NCBI GenBank assembly: GCA_965242565.1
Contig: OZ251457.1
Coordinates: 172,046 to 236,045, forward strand
Length of the DNA stretch: 64,000 bases
Source of the DNA: Dehalococcoidia bacterium
GTDB taxonomy: Bacteria > Chloroflexota > Dehalococcoidia > Bin125
Direction of reading: 5' to 3'
Position 1 is the first letter of the stretch; every line of letters starts with the position of its first letter. Of the stretch, positions 37,945-46,833 are shown piece after piece. The position numbers and the translations under genes were made by a program. Below the pieces are notes generated by a model, which had not been told where the DNA came from, ran no database searches, and saw only the letters and a program-made list of their open reading frames with translations.

Positions 37945-38250
37945 GTCAGCCGTGGTCAGGTTTGTTCGGGGTTGTTCGGGATGTTGGGGGTGGGTCGGGT
38001 GCTGCGGCCTATCTGGTCGGGGTGAGGCTGCGTGGTCGGGTTTGTTCGGGTTTGGAAGGGGTTGGTCAGGGGCTGTGGCCTATCTGGTCGGGGTGAGGCT
38101 GTGTGGTCAGGTTTGGTCAGGTTTGGTCAGGTTTGTTCGGGGTTGTTCAGGGTGTTCGGGGCCGGTCGGGGGTTGCGGCCTATCTGGTCGGGGTGAGGCT
38201 GCGTGGTCGGCCATGTTCAGGTTTGTTCGGGGTTGTTCGGGGTGTGTTGA
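37945..38250. repeat. G/T-rich tandem repeat array
   Basis: CCTATCTGGTCGGGGTGAGGCTG(C/T)GTGGTC at 38008, 38079 and 38179, separated by GTTTGTTCGGGGTTGTTC-like filler. GGTCAGGTTT occurs x3 at 38105-38134. Confidence 0.75.
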
Positions 38251-38373
38251 TGCGGCGAGGTGTGTGGAGGCGGGCATTGGTAGGTCGCCTGTTCTGTTGT
38301 GGAGGAGCGACGGTATCACGGCGTGGGCGGAATGGGGGCGGTGAAGTGCGACGTTGGAGGCGGCTCGGTGCCG

Positions 38374-38590
38374 ATTCCCGCTCGGGGGCGGGAATGACAG
38401 AAAGGGTGGCGGGAATGACGGAAAGGGTGGCGGGAATGACGGAAAGGGTGGCGGGAATGACGGAGAGGGGGGTGACGGGTCTTGGGGAAGGGAGTTGGGT
38501 GCTGTTCACGTCGAGATACCCGCGGCAAGCGCGGGTATGACGGAGAGGGGCAGGAGTGACGGAGAGGAGGGGAGAATGACGGGGGAGGGA
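38374..38590. repeat. Family H hairpin plus 21-nt tandem repeat
   Basis: ATTCCCGC-TCGGGG-GCGGGAAT (38374-38395), then four GCGGGAATGAC(A/G)GA(A/G)AGGG-type 21-nt units, then a partial ATACCCGCGGCAAGCGCGGGTATGACGG hairpin. Confidence 0.75.
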
Positions 38591-38648
38591 GGTGAGAACA
38601 GCGAATGCTGTTGCGCGCCTGTGGCCATCACGGTTGCGTGAGCATGCG

Positions 38649-38924
38649 CTAGGGGGCGAGCGAGATCGAGGTGTAGATCACCTTGCGCGCTGCTTCGTCC
38701 ACTTCGTAGAACACCAGATAAGCGGTCGCAATTCCCAGCGTCGCGTACCAGAGCGTGCCGGCGAGACGGCGGCCGTTAGGTAGGCCGAGCGGGTCGGCGA
38801 GCAGCGCCCACGAGAGACCTTCGATCATCTCCTCCAGGCGGGAATCCTCGGCGGCATATTCGTCGACTCGCGCCCAGAACGCGCCCGAGGTTTCATCGAT
38901 TTCCCACCCGGAGCCGTACGCCAT
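38649..38924 (-). CDS. Hypothetical acidic 91-aa protein, partner of the Panacea-domain protein
   Basis: Starts 10 nt after the upstream gene. The C-terminal YLVFYEVDEAARKVIYTSI is reminiscent of the RelE/ParE beta-strand pattern, but the protein is acidic. Confidence 0.5.
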   Translation of the reverse strand: MAYGSGWEIDETSGAFWARVDEYAAEDSRLEEMIEGLSWALLADPLGLPNGRRLAGTLWYATLGIATAYLVFYEVDEAARKVIYTSISLAP

Positions 38925-38934
38925 CGGCGCCTCG

Positions 38935-39507
38935 TCAGCCCCGGCCCGCGAGGAGTTCAGTGCCGATTCTTCGCGCCGCCTCTTCCGTCTCCTGATCGAT
39001 CGGGTCGGCGCTGAGCCAGGCCGATTCGTAGGGGATGTCGGCGCGGTCCTCGGCGAGGATCCAGCCGGGCTCGCGGTGGGAGTAGTCCGAGACTTCTCGG
39101 GCGGATTTGCCCCAGAAGAATTCGATGACCTCGTCGACGAGCTCCTGCTCTTCGGGGCGCAGGAACTCGGGGTCCGGAGTGCAGCCCGGGCTCGGCGCGA
39201 GCCGCTTTTGCATGTAGGTGAAGTGGCGGCGCTCTTCGATCTCTAGACGCCCTTCGTCGATCAGTTCGTCGCGGGCGGCCAAGAGCTGCCGCGGCGCCGG
39301 GCCTTCCCGCAGCTTGAAGTAGGCCGCGCCGGTGATTGGGGCGCCCAGCTGGCGGTAGGCGGCGAAGTCGGCGTAGTAGAGGATTTTGTTGAGCTTGATC
39401 GCTCCGAACGCGGGGTCGTCCTGCGCCTTGGCGGCGACGTAGACGATCAGCTCCTTGAACTTCTCCGGGTTAAACTCAAACTGCTTGAGCTTGGGCTGCT
39501 TCGGCAT
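38935..39507 (-). CDS. Panacea (DUF4065, SocA/PanA-like) domain protein, putative antitoxin
   Basis: FGAIKLNKILYYADFAAY core typical of DUF4065. Confidence 0.7.
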   Translation of the reverse strand: MPKQPKLKQFEFNPEKFKELIVYVAAKAQDDPAFGAIKLNKILYYADFAAYRQLGAPITGAAYFKLREGPAPRQLLAARDELIDEGRLEIEERRHFTYMQKRLAPSPGCTPDPEFLRPEEQELVDEVIEFFWGKSAREVSDYSHREPGWILAEDRADIPYESAWLSADPIDQETEEAARRIGTELLAGRG

Positions 39508-39597
39508 TGGTTCGCTGCTCCGCGATCAGTCCACGCTTGCCGGCAGTGTACCGACCGCGGGGCGACTCGAGGGTTGGGGTGATTGGTGTGAGGTTTG

Positions 39598-39745
39598 GGG
39601 AGGCCGACCCCCCAGTCCGCTGCGCGGACAGCCCCCTGCATAGGGGGGCGATTCCGGAGGGGCGGCGGAGCCCCCCTCTGTGTCTCCCCCCAGGATGGGG
39701 GGAGAGGGAAAATGGTTCTCCGCAGGATGGGGGAGAGGGGAATTG
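39598..39745. repeat. Family D element with extra hairpins
   Basis: CCCCCCAGTCCGCTGCGCGGACAGCC, CCCCTGCATAGGGGGG and CTCCCCCCAGGATGGGGGGAG. Confidence 0.7.
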
Positions 39746-39763
39746 ACCCCTCCAAAGTGAGGG

Positions 39764-41092
39764 TTATTGGGGGCGGTGGCGGAGCATTTGGCGCTTGATG
39801 CCGCCGACGTGGAGGAAGCCGATGACGTATTCGGGGTCGGCGGCGAGCTCGAGGTTGGGGAGGATCGGCAGCAGGGCGTGGAAGATGGAGCGCATCTCCC
39901 AGCGGGCGAGGTTTGCGCCGAGGCAGAAGTGCTCGCCGTAGCCGCCGAAGGCGAAGTGGTCGTTGGGCTCGCGGCGGATGTCGAAGCGGTAGGGGTCTTC
40001 GAAGACATCCTCGTCGCGGTTGGCGGAGGGGTACCAGAGCACGACCGACTCGCCCTTGCGGATGGTTTGTCCGCGCAGCTCGACGTCTTCAACGGCGGTG
40101 CGCTGGAACTGGATCACGATCGAGGTCCAGCGCAGGATTTCCTCGACGGCGGAGGGCACGAGTTCGGGGTGGGCGACGAGGTCGTTGAGCTGGTCGGGGT
40201 GGTCGATCAAGGCTTTGACGCCGCCGGAGATCGAGTTGCGGGTGGTCTCGTTGCCGGCGGCGAGGAGCAGCACGAAGTAGCCGTGGATTTCGGCCGGCGA
40301 GAGCTTGCGGCCATCCACCTCGGCGCGCAGGAGGTCGGAGAGCAGGTCGTCGCCGAGGCCTTCGCGCCGGCGCTGCTGGATTAGCTCGTTGTTGTAGTGG
40401 AACCACTCGGTGCTGATGCGGCGGCTGGCCTGGCTGGGGGTCTCGCCGGGCAGGCGGAATTCGGGGTCGTCGGCGCCGACGAGCACCTCGGTCCACTCGA
40501 AGATCTTGTCCCAGTCTTCCTCGGGGACGCCGCCCATGTCGCAGATCGCGGCGACGGGCAGTTTGGCGGAGAGTTCGTGGACGAGGTCGACGGCGGAGCG
40601 CTCGCCGCGCGCGGCGAAGTCGGCGATGATCTTGTCGGCGAAGTTCGAGACGTAGTTTTCGGCCATTTCGGCGAAGTGGTCTTCGAGCATCTTCATCATG
40701 CGGGGGGTGAAGTGGCGGGCGACGAGGCCGCGGTGCATGCGGTGCTCGGGCGGGTCCATGTAGATGAAGTCGGGCGGGTCGGCGGGGTTGCCGCCGGTGA
40801 AGTTGGACTGTTCGGTGCGCTGCTTCTGGGCGTTGCCGAGCTTGCGGGCGGTGTTGAGGCGCAGCATCTGGGCGTTGGAGAAGAGTTCGGGGTGGCTGCT
40901 GATGTAGCGGATGTCGGCGTGCCTAGTGATCGCCCAGAAAGGCTCAAAGCCGGGCCGCTGGTACCAGTAGACGGGCGCCTCGCGGCGCAGCACATCCCAC
41001 TCCGCCCACGGGTAGCCGTAGTCGCGGTAGCGATCGGCGTCGGTGATGTCGACGGCGTCGACGGTCAGTCGGGGGGCTTCTGCGGTGACCAT
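39764..41092 (-). CDS. Cytochrome P450 (CYP125/142-like), paralogue a
   Basis: Heme loop FGGYGEHFCLGANLAR, AGNETT I-helix and EEILRW. Trimmed to ATG 41092. Confidence 0.88.
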   Translation of the reverse strand: MVTAEAPRLTVDAVDITDADRYRDYGYPWAEWDVLRREAPVYWYQRPGFEPFWAITRHADIRYISSHPELFSNAQMLRLNTARKLGNAQKQRTEQSNFTGGNPADPPDFIYMDPPEHRMHRGLVARHFTPRMMKMLEDHFAEMAENYVSNFADKIIADFAARGERSAVDLVHELSAKLPVAAICDMGGVPEEDWDKIFEWTEVLVGADDPEFRLPGETPSQASRRISTEWFHYNNELIQQRRREGLGDDLLSDLLRAEVDGRKLSPAEIHGYFVLLLAAGNETTRNSISGGVKALIDHPDQLNDLVAHPELVPSAVEEILRWTSIVIQFQRTAVEDVELRGQTIRKGESVVLWYPSANRDEDVFEDPYRFDIRREPNDHFAFGGYGEHFCLGANLARWEMRSIFHALLPILPNLELAADPEYVIGFLHVGGIKRQMLRHRPQ

Positions 41093-41229
41093 TGCGTCAT
41101 CTCCCTGCGCTGGCGAGTGTCCGATGGGGCGCATAGTAGGCGCTGGGGCGGGACTTTGCACAGTGCGCCGCGGCGGCCTGGAAGGTGGAAGGGTCGGCGG
41201 CGGCTGTCGGTGTGCGTTTCGGCTCGGGT

Positions 41230-41310
41230 CCTATCTGGTCGGGGCGGTTTCGGGCGGTGAAATTCGGAAGGGTTTGGCAAGTTTCGGCAGGTTGTGGAAG
41301 GGTTTGACAG
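41230..41310. repeat. Isolated copy of the G/T-rich repeat motif
   Basis: CCTATCTGGTCGGGG followed by GGTTTGGCAAGTTTCGGCAGGTTGTGG, in the divergent P450a/nirA intergenic region. Confidence 0.5.
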
Positions 41311-41566
41311 GGCAGGAACGACGAGTTGTTGGGGGTCGTTGCGGGCGCCGGGGCGGTGGAGTGAGGCGGGTTCGGCATGGGAGCGATTTCGCACTTTCGT
41401 TCTTTCGGTGAGACAACGGTAGCACGGTTTTGGGAGGTTGGGGCGGGTTTGGGTGCGAAACATGGTTGACACACAGCGGACACCTGCGCGCAACCCACAG
41501 GCGGTTCGGGGCGCGCGACAATTGGCGCAGGCGGCGACGCCGCGGATCGGACGGCGAGGGAGACCG

Positions 41567-43111
41567 ATGGCGAACCCGATTGAGGCGATCAAGGCGGCCA
41601 AGGACGGGCTGGATGTGCTGCCCGACCTGCACCGCTACGCGCAGCAGGAGGAGCCCGTCTACGAAGAGGGCGATCTGGAGCGTCTGAAGTGGTACGGGCT
41701 GTTCCACCGCAAGGCGACGCCGGGCTATTTCATGCTGCGGCTGCGCATCCCCAACGGGATGCTGACGACGGAGCAGCTGGCGGCGATCGGTGATCTGTCG
41801 AACGACTACGGGCGGGGCAAGGCGGACATCACGACGCGGCAGAACATCCAGCTGCGCTGGATTCGCATTTCGGACGCGCCGGACATCCTCCAGCGGCTGA
41901 GCGCGGTGAATCTCACCTCGCAGCAGTCGGGGATGGACAATGTGCGGAACATCGTGGGTTGTCCGTTGGCGGGCATCCACGCGGACGAGCTGATCGACGC
42001 CTCGCCGCTGACGCGGCGGATTCAACAGATGATCATCGGTCGGCGGGGGCGGTTCAGCAATCTGCCGCGCAAGTTCAACCTGAGCATTACGGGCTGTCCG
42101 GACGACTGCACGCACGCGCAGACGCACGATCTCTCGTTCACGCCGGCGCGGCGCGGCGGCGAGGTGGGCTTCAACGTGCTGGTGGGCGGCGCGATGGGCG
42201 GTCGGGATCCGTTTCTGGCCGTGCCGCTGGACGCCTGGGTTGGGCCGGACGATGTGGTGGATGTTGCGCAGGCGGTGTTGACAGTGTTCCGCGACCACGG
42301 GCCGCGCGCGAGCCGCAAGCAGGCGCGGCTGAAGGTGCTGCTGCGCGAGTGGGGCGTGGAGCGCTTCCGCGCGGCGCTGGAGTTGGCGCTGGGGCGGGGG
42401 CTGCCGCGGGCGGGAGAGCCGGCCGCGCCGCTGGAGGGCGGCGATCATCTGGGCGTCACTCCGCAACGCGACTCCGAGCTGGTCTCGGTGGGGATGCTGG
42501 TCCCGGTGGGACGCGCGTCGGGCGACGATCTGATCGAGTTCAGCCGTCTGGCGCGGGTCTACGGCCAGGCGGAAGTCCGGCTGACCGTGCAGCAGAACGT
42601 GATGATCCCGCACGTTGATCCGGCGCGCCTCTCGGAGCTGTTCGCGGAGCCGCTGCTGGCCAGGTATTCGCCGGAGCCGTCGGGCTTTCTGCGCGGGCTG
42701 GTCGCCTGCACGGGGATGGACTACTGCCATTTCAGCCTGATCGACACGAAAGAGGAGGCGCTGAGGCTGGCGCGCGCGCTGGACGAGCGCTACGAGGCGC
42801 GGCGGCGGGTGCGGATCAACTGGTCGGGCTGTCCGCACGCCTGCGCGCAGCAGAAGGTCGCGGATATCGGGCTGGAAGGGGCGCGGGTGCGGATCGAGGA
42901 TGAGATCGTCGCGGCGGCGTCGGTCGTGCAGGGCGGGCGACTGGGCGACGAGGCGCGGCTGGGCGAGTCGTGTTTGCCGAAGACGCCGACGGTGGAGCTG
43001 CCGGAGCTGGTCGCGGCGCAGATCGTCGAGACGCTGGGCCCCGATGCGATTCGGCCTCGCAACGCGGCGTTCGACAGCGCGGCGTCCGATCCGGCGGCGG
43101 CGGCCGGATGA
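41567..43111 (+). CDS. nirA: Ferredoxin--nitrite reductase (siroheme/4Fe-4S)
   Basis: LKWYGLFHRKATPGYFMLRLRIPNG, plus the CTGMDYC and SGCPHAC cluster motifs. Overlaps nasA by ATGA. Confidence 0.88.
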   Translation: MANPIEAIKAAKDGLDVLPDLHRYAQQEEPVYEEGDLERLKWYGLFHRKATPGYFMLRLRIPNGMLTTEQLAAIGDLSNDYGRGKADITTRQNIQLRWIRISDAPDILQRLSAVNLTSQQSGMDNVRNIVGCPLAGIHADELIDASPLTRRIQQMIIGRRGRFSNLPRKFNLSITGCPDDCTHAQTHDLSFTPARRGGEVGFNVLVGGAMGGRDPFLAVPLDAWVGPDDVVDVAQAVLTVFRDHGPRASRKQARLKVLLREWGVERFRAALELALGRGLPRAGEPAAPLEGGDHLGVTPQRDSELVSVGMLVPVGRASGDDLIEFSRLARVYGQAEVRLTVQQNVMIPHVDPARLSELFAEPLLARYSPEPSGFLRGLVACTGMDYCHFSLIDTKEEALRLARALDERYEARRRVRINWSGCPHACAQQKVADIGLEGARVRIEDEIVAAASVVQGGRLGDEARLGESCLPKTPTVELPELVAAQIVETLGPDAIRPRNAAFDSAASDPAAAAG

Positions 43112-45285
43112 GCTCGCGGCTGCCGCTGCTCAGCCAGAGCGCATGGCGCAACATGCGCAACCTGCGCGCGCGGCGCGGCGGGGAGTGGAAACGCTCGATC
43201 TGCCCCTACTGCGGGACCGGCTGCGGGGTGCTGGCGCGGGCGAAGGGCGGCGCGGTCGCCGAGGTGCGCGGGGATCCTGAGCATCCGGTCAACCGCGGCA
43301 GGCTGTGCGCCAAGGGCGCGCTGCTCGCGCCGATGGTGCGGACCGACGATCGGCTGCTGTTTCCGCTGCTGCGCGAGCGGCGTGTGGGCGACTTTCAGCG
43401 GGTCTCCTGGCCGGCCGCGGTTGAGCGTTTCGCGGCGGCGATTCGCGCGGCGCAGGCCGAGCATGGGCCGCACTCCGTGATGCTCTACGGCTCCGGGCAG
43501 CTGGTCACGGAGGATTACTACCTGTTCGGCAAGATCGCCAAGGGCTTCCTGCGGACCAACAACCAGGACACCAACTCGCGGCTCTGCATGGCCAGCGCGG
43601 TGGTGGCCTACAACCTCGCGGTCGGCTCCGATTCGCCGCCCTGCTCGTATGCGGACATTGAGGCGGCGAAGACGTTTCTGATTGTGGGCGCGAACACCGA
43701 GGCGTGCCACCCGATCCTGTTCAACCGGATCAAGGCGCGCAAACGGGCGGACAAGGATGTGCGGGTGATCGTGGTCGATCCGCGCCGCACGCGCACGGCC
43801 GAGATCGCCGATGTTCACCTGCGCCCGCGGCCGGGAACGGATGTCGCGCTGCTCAACTCGCTGCTCTACGAGGCGCTGCTGGCGGACGGGGGCGATCAGG
43901 CGTTCATCGACGCGCACACGACGGGCTGGGAGGAGCTGCGGCGGGCGCTGGGCGACTATCAGGCGGAGCGGGCGTTCGAGCTGACGGGCGTGCCCGCGCA
44001 GGATGTGGTGGATGCGGCGCGCATCTACGCGCGCAACGGGCCGGCGCTCTCGCTCTGGGCGATGGGGCTGAATCAGAGCACGCGCGGGGTGGACAACAAC
44101 CTGGCGATCATCAATCTGGCGCTGGCGACGGGGAACATCGGCAAGCCGGGCGCGGGTCCGTTCTCGCTGACCGGCCAGCCCAACGCGATGGGCGGGCGGG
44201 AGGCGGGCGGGCTGGCGACGGCGCTGCCCGGCCATCGGATGGTGGCCAACGCGGAGCACCGCGCGGAGGTGGAGGCGGCCTGGGGCGTCGAGCCGGGCGC
44301 GATTTCCGCGACGCCCGGGCTGACAGCGATGGAGATGGTGGAGGCGTTGGAAGAGGGGGCGGTGAAAGTGCTGTGGGTAGCGGGCACCAATCCGTTGGCG
44401 TCGCTGCCCAATACGGGGCGGGTCAAGCGGGCCATGGCAAAGGCCGATTTCGTGGCGGTGCAGGACGCCTATCACCCGACGGAGACGACGGCGGCGGCGA
44501 ATCTGGTGCTGCCCGCCGCGCAGTGGTCGGAGCGGGGCGGGACGATGACCAACAGCGAGCGGCGCGTCTGCCTGCTGGAGCGGATCGGCGAGCCGCCGGG
44601 CGAAGCGCTGCCGGACTGGCAGATCATCTGCCGCGTCGCGCAGGCGCTGGGCTACGGCGGCGCGTTCGCTTACGCCGACGAGGAGGCGATCTTCGCCGAG
44701 TACCGCGAGCTGACGCGGGGGCGCGATCTGGATATGACGGGGTTGACCTACGAGCGGCTGCGGGCGTCCGCCGAGGGCGTGCAGTGGCCGGCGTCGGAGG
44801 CTGCGCCGTCGTCGACGGCGCGGCTGTTCGTGGGCGGGCGCTTCAGCACACCCGATGGGAAGGCGCGCTTTCACGCGGTACGCCAGGAGCCGAACGCCGA
44901 AGAGTTGACCGATGCGTATCCGCTGGCGCTGCTGACGGGTCGGGTCAAGGATCAGTGGCACACGCGAACGCGCACGGGCAAGGTGGCGAAGCTGAACAAG
45001 AGCGAGCCGCGCCCGTTTGTGGAGGTGCATCCGCAGGACGCGCGGACGCTGGCGGTGCGCGACGGACAGGCGGTGCGGGTGGTCTCGCGGCGGGGCGCGT
45101 TCACGGCGCCGGCGCGGGTGACCGACGCGGTCGCGCCGGGTGCGCTGTTTGCGCCGTTTCACTGGGGGCCGCTGTGGTCGGCGGAGAGCACGCCGAATTT
45201 GGCGGCGGCCGAGGCGTTCGACGCGCGCTCGAAAGAGCCGGAGCTGAAGTTTGCGGCTGTCCGCCTCGAGCTCGCCGAAGCCTAG
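43108..45285 (+). CDS. nasA: Assimilatory nitrate reductase catalytic subunit (molybdopterin oxidoreductase)
   Basis: N-terminal CPYCGTGCG 4Fe-4S motif. Molybdopterin-domain sequence throughout. Confidence 0.88.
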   Translation: MSSRLPLLSQSAWRNMRNLRARRGGEWKRSICPYCGTGCGVLARAKGGAVAEVRGDPEHPVNRGRLCAKGALLAPMVRTDDRLLFPLLRERRVGDFQRVSWPAAVERFAAAIRAAQAEHGPHSVMLYGSGQLVTEDYYLFGKIAKGFLRTNNQDTNSRLCMASAVVAYNLAVGSDSPPCSYADIEAAKTFLIVGANTEACHPILFNRIKARKRADKDVRVIVVDPRRTRTAEIADVHLRPRPGTDVALLNSLLYEALLADGGDQAFIDAHTTGWEELRRALGDYQAERAFELTGVPAQDVVDAARIYARNGPALSLWAMGLNQSTRGVDNNLAIINLALATGNIGKPGAGPFSLTGQPNAMGGREAGGLATALPGHRMVANAEHRAEVEAAWGVEPGAISATPGLTAMEMVEALEEGAVKVLWVAGTNPLASLPNTGRVKRAMAKADFVAVQDAYHPTETTAAANLVLPAAQWSERGGTMTNSERRVCLLERIGEPPGEALPDWQIICRVAQALGYGGAFAYADEEAIFAEYRELTRGRDLDMTGLTYERLRASAEGVQWPASEAAPSSTARLFVGGRFSTPDGKARFHAVRQEPNAEELTDAYPLALLTGRVKDQWHTRTRTGKVAKLNKSEPRPFVEVHPQDARTLAVRDGQAVRVVSRRGAFTAPARVTDAVAPGALFAPFHWGPLWSAESTPNLAAAEAFDARSKEPELKFAAVRLELAEA

Positions 45286-45373
45286 GCGCGTTTACACTTC
45301 CGTCATTGTCGCCCCCCAACACAGCGCCTCCGCGAACTCTCTATTCTGTGGAGGCATACTTTGGAGGTCCCGC

Positions 45374-46702
45374 ATGGTCATGGCTGAAGCGCAACCGCTG
45401 ACTCTGGACACGCTCGACATCACGGATACGGAGCTCTACGTCCAACACGGCTACCCGTGGGAAGCCTGGGATCTGCTGCGCCGCGAAGCGCCCGTCTACT
45501 GGTACCAGCGGCCCCGCTTCGAGCCCTTCTGGGCGATCACCAGGCACGCCGACATCCGCTTCATCTCCTCACACCCCGAGCTCTTCTCCAACACCCAGAT
45601 TCTGCGCATGAACGACACCGAGTCGATCGGCATCCTCGAGCGCACCCGCGAGGTGAAGGCCAACCGCTACGGCGGCCACCCCTCCGAACCGCCCGACTTC
45701 ATCTTCATGGACCCGCCCGAGCATCGGCAGCACCGCGGACTCGTCGCGCGGCACTTCACCCCCCGCATGATGAAGCGGCTCGAGGACCACTTCGGCGAGA
45801 TGGCCGAGAACTACGTCAGCAGCTTCGCCGAAAAGCTCGTCGCCGACTTCGCCGCGCGCGCCGATCGCTCCGCCGTCGATGTGGTGCATGAGCTCTCCGC
45901 CAAGCTGCCCGTCGCCGCGATCTGCGACATGGGCGGCGTCCCCGAGGAAGACTGGGACCAAATCTTCCACTGGACCGAAGCCTCCGCCGGCGCGGCCGAC
46001 CCCGAATTCCGACTGCCCGGCGAGAGCCGCGAGCAGACCATCCGCCGGATCGACCTCGAATACAGCCTCTACAACGAGGACCTGGTGCGCGAGCGGCAGC
46101 GCAACGGGCTCGGCGACGACCTGCTCTCCGATCTGCTCAAGGCGGAGGTCGACGGCGAACCGCTCACCCCGCGCGAAATCTCGGGCTACTTCCGCCTGCT
46201 GATCGGCGCCGGCAACGAGACCACCCGCAACTCAATCACCGGCGGAATCAAGGCCCTGCTCGATCACCCTGACCAGCTGGAGGACCTGGTCGCCCACCCC
46301 GAGCTGGTGCCCTCCGCCGTCGAAGAGATTCTGCGCTGGACTTCGATCGTGATCCAATTCCAGCGCACCGCCACCCAGGACATCGAGCTGCGCGGCCAGA
46401 CGATCCGCAAGGGCGACTCGATCGTCATGTGGTACCCCTCGGCCAACCGCGACGAAGAGGTCTTCGAAGACCCCTACCGCTTCGACATTCGCCGCGAGCC
46501 CAACGACCACTTCGCCTTCGGCGGCTACGGCGAGCACTTCTGCCTCGGCGCGAACCTCGCCCGCTGGGAGATGCGCGCCATCTTCCACGCCCTGCTGCCC
46601 ATCCTCCCCCAACTCGAACTCGCCGGCGAACCCCAAATGGTCCCCCGCAGCCTCCACGTAGGCGGCATCAAGCGCCAACTGGTCCGCCACCGCCCCCAAT
46701 AA
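45374..46702 (+). CDS. Cytochrome P450 (CYP125/142-like), paralogue b
   Basis: Same motifs as paralogue a, with very similar sequence along the whole length. Confidence 0.88.
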   Translation: MVMAEAQPLTLDTLDITDTELYVQHGYPWEAWDLLRREAPVYWYQRPRFEPFWAITRHADIRFISSHPELFSNTQILRMNDTESIGILERTREVKANRYGGHPSEPPDFIFMDPPEHRQHRGLVARHFTPRMMKRLEDHFGEMAENYVSSFAEKLVADFAARADRSAVDVVHELSAKLPVAAICDMGGVPEEDWDQIFHWTEASAGAADPEFRLPGESREQTIRRIDLEYSLYNEDLVRERQRNGLGDDLLSDLLKAEVDGEPLTPREISGYFRLLIGAGNETTRNSITGGIKALLDHPDQLEDLVAHPELVPSAVEEILRWTSIVIQFQRTATQDIELRGQTIRKGDSIVMWYPSANRDEEVFEDPYRFDIRREPNDHFAFGGYGEHFCLGANLARWEMRAIFHALLPILPQLELAGEPQMVPRSLHVGGIKRQLVRHRPQ

Positions 46703-46747
46703 CTCCCTCTCCCTCATCCTGAAGGAGACACAGAAGGGGCTTCGCCC

Positions 46748-46810
46748 TCCGGAATCGCCCCCCTACGCAGGGGGGCTGTCCGCTTCCAGCGGAACTGGAG
46801 GGTCGGCCCG
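46748..46810. repeat. Family D element (reverse orientation)
   Basis: CCGGAATCGCCCCCCTACGCAGGGGGGCTGTCCGC...GCGGAACTGGAGGGTCGGCC. Confidence 0.65.
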
Positions 46811-46833
46811 GCGCCGCAACTCCGCAGCGCCCC

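Noticed and set aside
37945-38250. Possible CRISPR array
   Set aside because: The material between the ~30-nt repeats is itself repetitive and related (GTTTGTTCGGGG-type). The periods are irregular (71 and 100 nt), there are only three repeats, and no cas genes are present. It is a tandem repeat, not repeat-spacer architecture.
38103-38641. ORFs 38103..38540 and 38354..38641 encoding GMTERVA- and GGGNDGK-type repeats
   Set aside because: The periodic peptide is simply the translation of the 21-nt DNA tandem repeat. There is no start context or other coding signal.
41162-41566. NtcA-type (GTA-N8-TAC) or ANTAR-type regulatory sites upstream of nirA
   Set aside because: I found no GTA-N8-TAC palindrome and no paired hexaloop hairpins by eye. 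Only TTGACA-like hexamers and the G/T-rich motif are present, which is insufficient for a call.
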